Assembly: GCF_003918875.1 (NCBI RefSeq)
Contig: NW_025766974.1
Coordinates: 1,054,001-1,118,000 of the forward strand
Reading direction: 5' to 3'
Length of the DNA stretch: 64,000 nucleotides
From: Haliotis rubra
Lineage: Eukaryota
Both the position numbers and the translations under genes were made by a program. Position 1 is the first letter of the stretch, and every line of letters starts with the position of its first letter. This document shows positions 53,722 to 64,000 of the stretch, in pieces. A model generated the notes under the pieces. The model had not been told where the DNA came from and did no database searches. It saw only the letters and a list, made by a program, of their open reading frames with translations.

Positions 53722-53775
53722 AGGTAGCTTGGTGGTTAGACCGTTCGGTCGTCTCGCGAGAACCCGGGTTCATCT
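53722..53775 (+). mobile_element. Isolated tRNA-like head fragment of SINE family A
   Basis: GGTAGCTTGGTGGTTAGACCGTTCGGTCGTCTCGCGAGAACCCGGGTTCA. Confidence 0.55.
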
Positions 53776-53789
53776 CTTTAGGGTAATGA

Positions 53790-54500
53790 ATGTCCGACGA
53801 TTGACTGAGCGTCATATTGATAGCTCAGTATGCATTACCCAAGACAGAGTCCATTCCACAGAATCACAGAAACGTGGACAATGAAGTAAGTATCGTCTCA
53901 ATGGGTTCCAAAGCCTCTGACATTTGATAAAAAAATGTACCTGACACAATATCGCTCATGATAACCTAGCCCTGTTTGTAGCTGATCCTGAATGGTTCTT
54001 GTGGCGATCGATCTGAGCACTCAAAGACTGTCAGCTGGAAAGGTTGCGTTTCCTGTGTTTGGGTAGTCATAAGAGATTGTCATCATTGGGGTTACTTTCC
54101 AAATGGACCGACAAAAACGGACAGCAACATGCTGCACTTCTAAGGCAACTACGTAATGACTCCCAGAAAAGGAAAGCTAAGAAAAGATGCTCGCTTCCAT
54201 TTGGACAACAGGGCCGTGTTCTAATCTATAGGATGTGGTTACTGTCCGAAAAGTGGCTATGAACCTATTGAGTAAGCTCCTTATTCTGCTGATCGTGTAC
54301 CGTCTGTTCCCAAACATGATGAAAGGGCTAGCCGGTGTCCAGTTCGACACGGACAGTGACGTCACAGTGTATAACTTTTTGGGCAGGCAAGAGAAAGGCA
54401 TATACGAACCTGGGATAAAAACCTTCGACATCATTGGTAAAAATGTATCAGTATTTAGGGGCACAAAATAAAACATTGAAAATGAAATAGGTTAAATGTC
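53790..54500 (+). mobile_element. Decayed mariner (DD34D-type) transposase relic
   Basis: Across frameshifts: HTH-like RRLTERHI, MK*VSSQWVPKPL (WVPxxL motif at 53902), SAGKV, RFHLDN, APYSAD, LFPNMMKGLAGVQF...YEPGI, W*KC. Confidence 0.8.
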
Positions 54501-54977
54501 TGTTTTCTTTTGAGCCTTCATTATCTCCACCACCTAACAGAGGATTAAAATCATACTTACGCACTAGACTCTTTTGGTTGACTCCAGTACGCCAAGTAGC
54601 ATTGGTAAAGCCAAGCTTGTTTCACGGCAGCTTTACAGTAAGACGTCAATCACACAGTGAAAGCTAAAAATATTGCCTAATGCCACTTAACTGCGTGTAA
54701 TACAGCCTACCATAGGCACTATTGTGTAACACATGTATGTGGGTGTTCCACCTGACTGACGATAACACCAGCTCGCGGGTCCCAGCTTCAGTACAGTACC
54801 AGTCGACAGATGTTTTGACAGCATAGAGATTGATTGACATATCATGTCTTTCGGTAATGTAAACATGAAATATACACGTTCTAGCTAAAGGATGTTCCTG
54901 GTCGTTGACGGACGTGTCGGGTCCATTTCACACGCGATTATCTTCATTACGTTTACTAGGCATCAGTAAGTAGGTAA

Positions 54978-55131
54978 GAGTGAGTGAGTGAGTGTGGCTT
55001 TTCGACGCTCTTAGCAATATTGCAACAATATCACGGCGGGGACACCAGAAATGTACTGCACACATTGTACCCATGTGGGGAATCGAACCCCGGTCTTCAG
55101 CGCTTTAACCACAAGGCTACCTCACCGCTCC
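54978..55131 (-). mobile_element. SINE family A with an internal deletion
   Basis: (GAGT)n tail, GGGAATCGAACCC B box, TTAACCACAAGGCTACC head. Confidence 0.88.
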
Positions 55132-56699
55132 CGGTAAGTATGAAAAATGAAAATAAACAACCAATTGCAGGTCTCAATATTTATTACTCTTTGCGACTCG
55201 CACAGTGAACATTAAATCTAGCTGACAAGGTACTGCGATAATTCCTTTTCTCTTCAATAGAAACGTTATTTCGCATCACGAATCAGTTCGATGAAATCAG
55301 ACGAATAGTTTTTTGAAAATGTGACATTTTTCGTAAATGGTTTAACAGCTCATTGTTGTAAATACGGTCTTGTGACTTGGTAAATCCCATGCTGACAAAG
55401 CAATGTAAATCAGGACGTATCTGGGATTCAAACTCGCCAGTGGAACCTGGCATAACAAAGGGAGGCAACTGTACAAAGGACTGGCGCAGAGTCATGGGTT
55501 GTAGGGCTGTACGGCTATAGGGCTGTAGGTTTCGTAACCAGGACGACTGTCTTCATTCGCCTCCTCGCGGTATCCAAGAAGTGACAGGCAGTAAACCGTG
55601 GCCCGTTGTACTCATAGACACCCACTACTGATATATCCACAATACATTATATGTAAGACTGTATTCGCAGTACAACGATCAGTTACTTCGTCAGAATAAG
55701 CACGACATGACATACATACACACACGCACCCGCGCGCGCACACACCCACACAGCCCTTTCCAGGTTCACGAAGTCCATTCCTCAAGAATTTATGACAGAC
55801 AGAAGATGTTATTGTCATATACACAGTCCCTGTTGAGCCGTGACAATATGGAGGGTTTGAAATACGCTGATAATTCCACTTCCTTCATGCATGTATATGA
55901 TTATATGTACTAGGATAAATAACTAATGCATTAATATACACCACGGGAACGGTTTGGCGATGTTAATTTATTCATATATTCATATTTCGTTCTAATATTA
56001 ACCACACACACAGCTCGTTATATACCTAATTAAGCCAGATGTTTTACTTGTCACGTTCGTAGTTCGTATACAGTGAACGAGTAAACTATTCGTCCATGGA
56101 CAATCCCATTGGAAAACAGCTATGGGCAGCACTGAGCTCGATTCAAAACCAAAGTGACATGGATGCCATATAGTACAAACTCTCGTGCACATGGATTCCG
56201 AGGGTTCCATATTTTTAACATGTGTGGTAAAATTACAGAATAGGTGCCATGCAGGTATATAAGAAATACATTCGGCACACACACGCACGCACACACGCAC
56301 ACACACGCGCAAACACATTATTTATATGTGTTTTTTTGTGTGTGTTTGTATCTCTACCGTGCAGCCCAACATGTACCAGATATACCTGTCACACTGTTAT
56401 CGAATTGATATTACAGTTTCTGTGTATTGAGTTTCAATCTAATTAAAGCACTGCAGTCATTTGTTGGCTCGGTAATAGACAAGCGAGTGAACTGCTATCT
56501 TACACAACACCAGAAGGTCGTGGTATTGCCTCCGCCGAATTGATTTAACTATGACTGCCAGTCTATCTGATTTGAGGTATTCAATAAAACAGAAGGTAAC
56601 TTTGTTAAATACCAAGTATATATGCACACATGCAATTAGGATTCTTTCGTCCAGTTCGGCAAAGTAGCTCGTTACCCTCGTGTCGCTATTGCATCTCTA

Positions 56700-56895
56700 G
56701 GGAACTAGTATGATCGTGGTTTCGAATCCAGTTTGCTCCGGTTCAGCGTCCAGGTTTGTCGGCACCATTCCGTTGCGTGCGGGTTTCACCTACGTGTGAG
56801 ACCTCCATTACCTCTGACGTCCCTCTAACATCAGTCTGACACACTGCAGCATAATTGGAATGGGTTTAAGATTGTGCGTGAACCCATCTCACTGT
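56700..56895 (+). mobile_element. Old degenerate tRNA-type SINE
   Basis: GGTTTCGAATCC B-box remnant and a degenerate shared tail. Confidence 0.35.
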
Positions 56896-57770
56896 CGCAC
56901 TGACTGACTCCTTGTTTTGCCCCAAGCATCCTCCCTTGAATCAACAAACCTCGAAGTATGCGATTTTATTATGTTCTATCAGTAACATATTCTATAGTAA
57001 CAAGTAAAAAGTCTGGCATTGTCTAGCAAATCGTGACTTTAAGCCGGGCGATAAATCTTTAACCTCCTTGTTTAGCTGAAAGTTTGTTTGGTTATAACAA
57101 ACACCGCCTCGCTCAACTTTAATTATTTACTACATATATATGAACACGTGATGGAATTTAATAACTTGATTGATTCAAATAGATACAATATGCATGACAT
57201 AAATTTACATTATACATAGTATAATCTCGCAGATTCCAATCTAAATGAAAATAATATAATATCAATTTATGATACCAATAACGCTGAGCTCAATTTATAC
57301 AATACCAATATGGATATATGTGTACCTGGTATAGGTGAAATTAATCTGATTTCAGTTTGCAGATAATGAGGATTCGGATGGTGTATAAATGCCGCCAGGG
57401 CGACGTCGGTATGTACAGCGACAGCACAACGACGACAACTGTCACAGACAACGCTCAATCTGAATATGAAAAGGCCCACCTGTCAACTGCAGGGACGAAG
57501 GTCTTATATTTCCGGTTCCGCCTGGACACGCGCATGTCATGTACATTCGGCCTTGAAGAGTCCACTTGTGTTGAGACAATTCATGTACATGTGTATTACT
57601 GTTATATGTGTTGCATTGTTACACAGATGTGGCGTTACAGGAAGGATGGCTGGAGAATATGACAGTCGAAATGTATCAGTCCGCCATTATTCCAGATTTA
57701 GGATCATGTTAGGTATTACTGGTGTATACTGGTTATGGTGTGATGTGCTCTATGTGCCCTCTATGTGCTC

Positions 57771-57900
57771 CCACGCCGAAGACCCGGGTTCGAATCCCCA
57801 CATGGGTACAATGTGTGAAGCCCATTTCTGGTGTCCCCCCGCCGTGATGTTGCTGGAATATTGCTAAAAGCGGCGTAAAACCAAACTCAGTCAGTCAGTC
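57771..57900 (+). mobile_element. SINE family A, 5'-truncated, with TSD
   Basis: CACGCCGAAGACCCGGGTTCGAATCCC...(CAGT)n tail; TSD CTATGTGCTCC. Confidence 0.9.
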
Positions 57901-58793
57901 TATGTGCTCCATTACATAGATGTGGCAGCCATCTTGGAGACAGTGTGACATTTAATGATCACAAAGTTGAAACTTCATGTCATCTGTCATATATTTATGA
58001 CCCTCAAACCGTTATTATATGTTAAGGAAAATCACAAAGCTAAATTAATAAGAAAAAATAGTTACCACATGTGTCCAGTTTTTGACACTGTCAAATATAG
58101 CTCGCGATTTAGAATGTGCAGGGGTTTGTACGGGCGAACAACTGCAGCAATGTACATAGCGTGGCGCCCTTGTCGTGATTATAGAGACGCTTCCTTGGTT
58201 TCAGACAGCGCGTTATCGTGTTATCTATGGAAATCTGACAACTAAACGGTGTATTCAGTACAGTCACGTAGAAGTAATCGTCTTTGCTGGAATATACAGT
58301 GTATGAATTAGGCAACTGGTATTTTCCTGAAAACGTATATGAGCAGTGTTAATGCCGCTTAAAGTATAATGGTTCACGTAGGTTGGGAGGGCGAGTGGGG
58401 GAGTTTTAATTTATAATACCTGAATATATTGTTACTGTCGACTATGAGTTGAAATGGATAATACACGGTACACAGACCCTTTTGGACATTACAGGCAGAA
58501 TAAGCTACTTCGTCTTGGTTGTCGAGACAGATGAGGAAGGAATGGTTGCAATGTGTGACTGTTTGTGTTCATGAATGTGAATCATTTGTAAGCACGTCCT
58601 AACGAGTGTACTAAACATAATCCTGACCCCATGGCACATGCTACACACGCGCGCAAGCACGCACGCACACTGTCAACCTACTGACACTGCAATGTGTTAT
58701 CAAAATGACACAGTATGCTAGAAACAAGAATAAGCACAACTGTATTTCCATGCCAAGGACTACAGAAACCAGCAACATGTATCTTACAGATTA

Positions 58794-58958
58794 TGAGTGA
58801 GTGAGTGAATTTAGTCTTACGCCGCTTTTAGCAATATTCCAGCAATATCATTGTTGGGGACACCAGAAATAAGCTTCACACATTGTACGCATGTGTGGAA
58901 TCGAACCTCTTCAGCGTGAGGAGCGAACGCTTCAACCACTAGGCTACCCCACCGCTCC
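58794..58958 (-). mobile_element. SINE family A, near full length
   Basis: Head AACCACTAGGCTACCCCACCGC; flanking TACAGRTTATGA duplication. Confidence 0.9.
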
Positions 58959-59355
58959 TACAGGTTATGACAGAACAAAAGGGTCACTGCAGCTCTCGTG
59001 GATTGCGTTCACTATTTGGAGCAAAATGTCAAGTAACCAGCCTTACTTTTATTGTCCTATTCATGGCAATGTAATCCGTACCTGTCCTCTTGTTCGGCAA
59101 CTTCAAAGATCACATAAACCTAGAACAGAGTTATGAAGGCATTGTAGTGCGATTGTTCACGTCAATGAGCTCTAACACCGATATTTATAGCCACGTGGTG
59201 AGACAAAAATATAACTATACTAATTTTTTCTAAGTTTTACTGACATCTGTTGGTATAATTCAAACCACGCTTGAGATACTACATATTTAATTCGAGATAA
59301 ATCCCTAAACAGCTTAATACGTTTTCAAGTGTCTTCAGTGAGACAGCGCTGAATA

Positions 59356-60631
59356 CATAGTATGACCAGAAATTATTGAGAATTTTAGGAATATGTTTAA
59401 TTGGATTTCTAGTATAAACAACCTTGACCAGCTATCAAGTGCTTGGTTTCAATTCAAGAGAGACAACTCCGTTAATCCTTTTTCATTAGTTTGTGAAGAG
59501 TTATACCCTTTGTTTACTTGCTAGCAGACTACATTTTCAGTGATCCTCAGTATGGATGATTTAGAGAAGTGGAAGTTGATTTTAGAGTATTATAACAAGG
59601 ACATCAGATCAGCTAAAGTGATTTCAAGTAGAACAGGCATCCCTTTGTCCACTGTTTATCGTGTTTTGAAAAATATTGCAAATGGATATGGCATTGAGCA
59701 CCAGGGAGGCGCAGGTAGGCCCAGAAAATTGACTGTCGGTGACATGAGGCGGCTTGGTATTCTTGTTTCTAAAAACAAACGAAGGAGTTTAGAAAACTTA
59801 AGGCTGGATATGATTGATAGAGGAACTGTGCTGTCTGTAAGGAGACAATTAGAACTGAACTGCATGCAATGGGTTGGCAGAAAATTCGAGAAATTCCATC
59901 ACCGATCATGAAACCTGAACAAAAGGAGCGAAGGTTGAACTGGTGCTTACAGCATAGAAATCTTACTGGGACAATGTGATTTTCTCAGATGAAAGTTCTG
60001 TGTGGCTGTTTCCTAATACACTGAAATTCTGGACCAAACAAACTGAAAAACCTTTGTATCAGCGCCCAAAGTACAGTCCGACATTTAACGTGTGGGGTAG
60101 CATATCTGTGTTAGGGGCAACGCCCCTCTGTGTATTTGAAGGGAATATGAACAGTGAGCGGTACAAGGATAGTCTCGAGGGACATTTCCTTCCATCTGCT
60201 CACGTATTCTAAGGAAATGTTTTGATTTTCCAGCAGGACAACGACCCAAAACATCGTTCAAAGCATTCACAGGCCTGGTTTGGGACGCAAAATATGACAT
60301 TATTATATTGGCCCTGACCTAAATCCAGTAGAAAATGTTTGGGGACTTATGAAGGAAAGTGTCAATAAGAACAATCTGACAAATATTGCCATAAATGAAA
60401 GAAGAGGTGGTCCGATATTGGGACAGCATGGACCACGACTTTCTAACTTCTTTGATCAGTAGTATGCCCCGCCGCATTGCTGCCCATGGTGACTTGACAA
60501 AATACTAACTGTTCACCTGTCTTTGAATCTGGAGTTATGTTCTGCTAATATTCACATTTAATACGTGAGTAATGAGTGAAAAAAAATAAAAATTACAATC
60601 TTTAAATTCTCAATCATTTCTGGTTGCACTG
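59356..60631 (+). mobile_element. Tc1-like (DD34E) DNA transposon, near full length, transposase frameshifted and inactive
   Basis: TIRs CA(TA)GTATGACCAGAAATTATTGAGAATTT / AAATTCTCAATCATTTCTGGTTGCACTG with TA flanks; HTH and GRPRK, then IFSDESS, VWGSIS, FQQDNDPKH, DLNPVENVW motifs in broken frames. Confidence 0.93.
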
Positions 60632-61780
60632 TAATTAGCATAATTCAGTGACACTGTTGTGACATTGTAAAGGGATGCATCACAACTTTGTGGAATACAG
60701 ACAGGAATGTTTTGGTGATTTCTTCCTGAATGATATGATATTCACTTATCACTCCTCTAAACATAAGAAATATTCCCAAATATCAATAAACTGCTTTTAA
60801 TAGTATTTAAAAATCATAACGTATTTTGCAAATTATACTTGAAACTACGATAGGTAACTCTTCGATTGTCTGTGCATGTTCACTGGCAATCCTTGACCAT
60901 GGTCATACTCATGGAGACGAATATGGGAAAAGATAAAAGTACAAGTGTTCCTTTATGTATTTCCAGATTTTCAAGAATGACAAGAAACCCGGAAAAGAGA
61001 ATAGGAAAACTTGCACTTCCGTGTGTTCCTTTATTCGTTTCCATGAGTATATTTTACAGGCGCTTCTCTGGATCTCCCTCACTACATCGCCTGTTGGATC
61101 TTACTGAGTGACAGGTTTAACGGGTAGCATCAGCATCGATCCTGAACTAGCGCAATAAGTGCAAGTTAAGTTCCTTCTGATATAATACCAAAGAATATTA
61201 AAAACGACTTAAGACAGAAACCATTTAAATATTCTGCAAAAAAACTATGAACGTGCATCCATCAAGACTACACGCTTACATGGGTTTATAGTAGCCAGGT
61301 ATAACATTAATAGTATGTCACTGGATAAAGCTGAATGCTCGTGATAAGACAATACAACGGTGAACGTTTCTGTGGGCTACTCTCTGTCAAGACCGGGCAT
61401 TACGTTTTAAGCGTTGCTAATTCTCTTTGATCTTTGCCTTGACAGTGATCTTCATAGTGGTTAACATTTATGTAATAGTTGCCGGGATTTATTTAAATGT
61501 ATACACGGCAAATCTCGCCGTCCATAGAACCCTGGAAGATAAAAAAAAGGCAAGTGTTGAAGATATTCCCAGGCGTTGGACGCACGACGTGTCCTTATCT
61601 CAAGGTGAGAGCTGCCCCATCCTTTATTAGCCAGTATCTTCAAACATGATTTTATCGCCAATCAAAATAATCTATACTCTGTATTCTTTCGTTACCTTAT
61701 CTCGTGTTCGAGTATACGTAATTTATAGCCGGCTTGATAACTTACATATTACATTACATTACATCACATTACATCATTAT

Positions 61781-61848
61781 GTGTCCCCCGCCGTGATATT
61801 GCTGGAATATTGCTAAAAGCTGCGTAAAACCCCACTCACTCACTCATT
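61781..61848 (+). mobile_element. SINE family A 3' fragment
   Basis: GTGTCCCCCGCCGTGATATTGCTGGAATATTGCTAAAAGCTGCGTAAAAC(CACT)n. Confidence 0.85.
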
Positions 61849-62005
61849 CGTGACCAACTCGTGTTATTCCGGGAGGTTACGCAAAGGGGCGAGTGGTGAC
61901 GAATGCCGATGGGCGAGAATTCGCTGTTCAGAGTTGCCTCCCTTAGACGTGCATCTACGATCCATGGTTCCGTTGTCTGGTACGATGATTAACGTGTCAC
62001 TATGT

Positions 62006-62065
62006 ACCCGGCTTGTTGGCACCCGGCTTGTTGGCACCCGGCTTGTTGGCACCCGGCTTGTTGGC
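62006..62065. repeat. 4 perfect copies of a 15-bp repeat, ACCCGGCTTGTTGGC
   Basis: Direct reading. Confidence 0.95.
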
Positions 62066-62380
62066 TTGACTGAAGTGGTAAACGTCTACCACCTGCACGA
62101 TATCGGGCGTGGACGCGGCGTGAGATAACTCAAATAGTGGATAAAGCGGAATGGACAGACTTCGAGTGATGAGATACCAAGAATACAACTGTATGAATAC
62201 CATCCTAGCTGACTCGTCAGGCGCGCACTACGCTAAATAAGTTGTCTCCAAGATGTACCATACAGCAGGTTAACTGTACATTATGTTGTTTGATAAAGCG
62301 TCCTGCGTTTTATGAAAGCATATAACGTTACAGGGATGCTTCATTTTATACAAAATGTGATACCATGTTTTATTTAAATG

Positions 62381-62394
62381 CATAGGCGGATCCA

Positions 62395-62433
<39 letters not shown>

Positions 62434-62571
62434 GAGGGGGTGCGCACCCCCTTCTTGTCCTGAAATTTTATAAAATGACCATTGAAACTATCGTGAAGAT
62501 GAAGTGTGCACCCCACCTTTCTCAATAGTGTGCACCCTTTCTCCTTTCTCACAAAGCTGTAGCCGCCCCTG
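62381..62571. mobile_element. Short MITE with GGCGGATCCAG / CTGTAGCCGCCCCTG ends, containing a (GT)n microsatellite
   Basis: Imperfect TIRs and repeated GTGCRCACCC motifs; TSD not clear. Confidence 0.55.
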
Positions 62572-63433
62572 CAATGTTATCAGCAGACAGTCGTGTGTCA
62601 CATCCACGCGGCCTGGGTATTTAGGTTAATGACGAATATGCACGTTTTGTCATTCATGATATATGTGACTGGAAAATATGACAATCCTGTTCTTGTACTA
62701 AAGTAGTTGACTTCTTAAACTGCTACGGGGCTTCTCGGGGAATGAACCAGTCTGAACCAGTGATGAATTTCGAAGAATAGTGTAACAGACATAAACTTGT
62801 GATTCCACACTTCAACTATAGCGCCTTGTAGTGTTGCGTCAACTTTTAACAGGTCATATCGAGAGAGCGGGTCAGTGAGTTAGAGATAGATAGATCCGAA
62901 CTTTCGAGTTCATTCGCCATTATTCGCCTTTTTCAGTAACCTGCACCTTATACCGGATTAAGTCAAGTATTTACGTGAGAAGATCCAACCTATCTTTAAA
63001 TGTTTGTTGTGTCCCGAGAACAGCTCTAAAACGTCAAAATGGAGTTCATTCAGTGATTACTTTCTCCATGATCTTATTGACAATATGTTGTTGTGTCTAT
63101 CAATACTGTACCGTTGGTATTTTTAACAGAACACAACGACAAAATATAACCTGTTTTTATGCATTTATTTGTATAAAATTATATATCACATAATCTGACA
63201 ACAGCCATATCTCCATATATATAATTTGTTATATTACAATATGATATCATACAATTCTATATCTTTCTATACATTATACAAATTCTATACATTACACAAA
63301 GTAAACAACATTGCCGTTTTTAACAGCTAACAACAATTTATTGCCACCGATGCTAAATGATTGCATTTTTCGACAGTTTCCTAGTACAATATAGAACAAA
63401 CTTTATGGATAACAACTTCTTTTTATTCGTGAG

Positions 63434-63473
63434 TGCGACGTTTCGATACAGATTCTTGTACCGTTGTCAAGCA
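63434..63473 (-). ncRNA. Minimal type I hammerhead ribozyme variant in the pLTR
   Basis: UGC-UUGACAA-C-GGUACA(agaauc)UGUAUC-GAAA-CG-UC-GCA; U3/A8 replaces C3/G8; stem II intact; loop-less palindromic stem III. Confidence 0.7.
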
Positions 63474-63832
63474 TAATGGAACATGAAGAAGGGAGAAGTA
63501 TATATATACTGAATGTAACCATGTAACAAAGAAAACAACATTATTAACATAATTGGCTAGGCAGAAAGCTGATGAAGCCAGAGAGTAGACAAAGGACAGG
63601 CGTGGAAGCCAATGATGTACAAATACAGTAGATTGGGCTTGGTGGATGAGTGCATCATAAGCGGATGGAATGAAGTATCCTTGGTCTCGGTTGATGGTGG
63701 GCTTTTGGCGTTTGATGTGGATGGCTTCGGTGAGCTTGCGTTTAGTGAAGTCTGTTTACTTGTTAGAGAGAATGGTGATGTCAGACCACTCTATTTGATG
63801 ATTGGGGCTTCCCCCTTCTTCATGTTCGATTA

Positions 63833-63872
63833 TGTTTGACAACGTTACAAGAATCTGTATCGAAACGTCGCA
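63833..63872 (+). ncRNA. Second hammerhead copy, in the inverted pLTR
   Basis: UGU-UUGACAA-C-GUUACA...UGUAUC-GAAACGUC-GCA; one stem II mismatch relative to the other copy. Confidence 0.6.
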
Positions 63873-64000
63873 CTCACGAATAAAAAGAAGTTGTTATCCA
63901 TAAAGTTTGTTCTATATTGTACTTCCCAACTTCTAACATGCCACTCCAAGAAGTTTCCTAGTATAATGTAATAAGATGACTTTTAGAAATGATTGAACTA

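Larger units (their letters stand above)
63375..63963 (-). mobile_element. 5'-truncated Penelope-like element: GIY-YIG endonuclease C-terminus, 3' pLTR and inverted pLTR copy with tail
   Basis: Minus strand encodes HQIEWSDITILSNK*TDFTKRKLTEAIHIKRQKPTINRDQGYFIPSAYDALI; ~116-bp inverted repeats at 63383-63498 and 63808-63923; AGTTTCCTAGTA duplicated at 63375-63386 and 63952-63963. Confidence 0.9.

Noticed and set aside
57357-57662. Plus-strand exon after tttgcag
   Set aside because: No partner exons or homology; cannot be supported

Overview
Eukaryotic, AT-rich, repeat-dense animal genomic DNA. The SINE families resemble those I recall from gastropod molluscs (abalone, Haliotis); this is inference, not a database result. 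One intact spliced gene can be reconstructed on the minus strand (coding exons 18069-17972, 14968-14715, 12277-12146, 11850-11008, 4575-4471, plus a short terminal exon). All introns are GT-AG and all phases match. It encodes an unnamed ~485-495 aa single-pass membrane protein: almost no ectodomain, a juxtamembrane Cys cluster and polybasic stretch, and a long low-complexity tail rich in Tyr motifs, i.e. the architecture of a transmembrane adaptor. Downstream (2521-206, minus) lies a disabled 4-exon trypsin-fold peptidase-like pseudogene split by a Harbinger-type MITE. The rest is intronic or intergenic. It holds a near full-length decayed Tc1 element, a mariner relic, L2-like and other LINE fragments, and a truncated Penelope-like element whose inverted pLTRs each carry a minimal variant hammerhead ribozyme. 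It also holds at least two SINE families sharing one 3' tail (one with a non-tRNA head that shows RNA-structure covariation), several MITEs, and three large plus several small minisatellite arrays. There are no prokaryotic features, CRISPR arrays, rRNA or genuine tRNA genes. Most ORFs in the supplied track are spurious.
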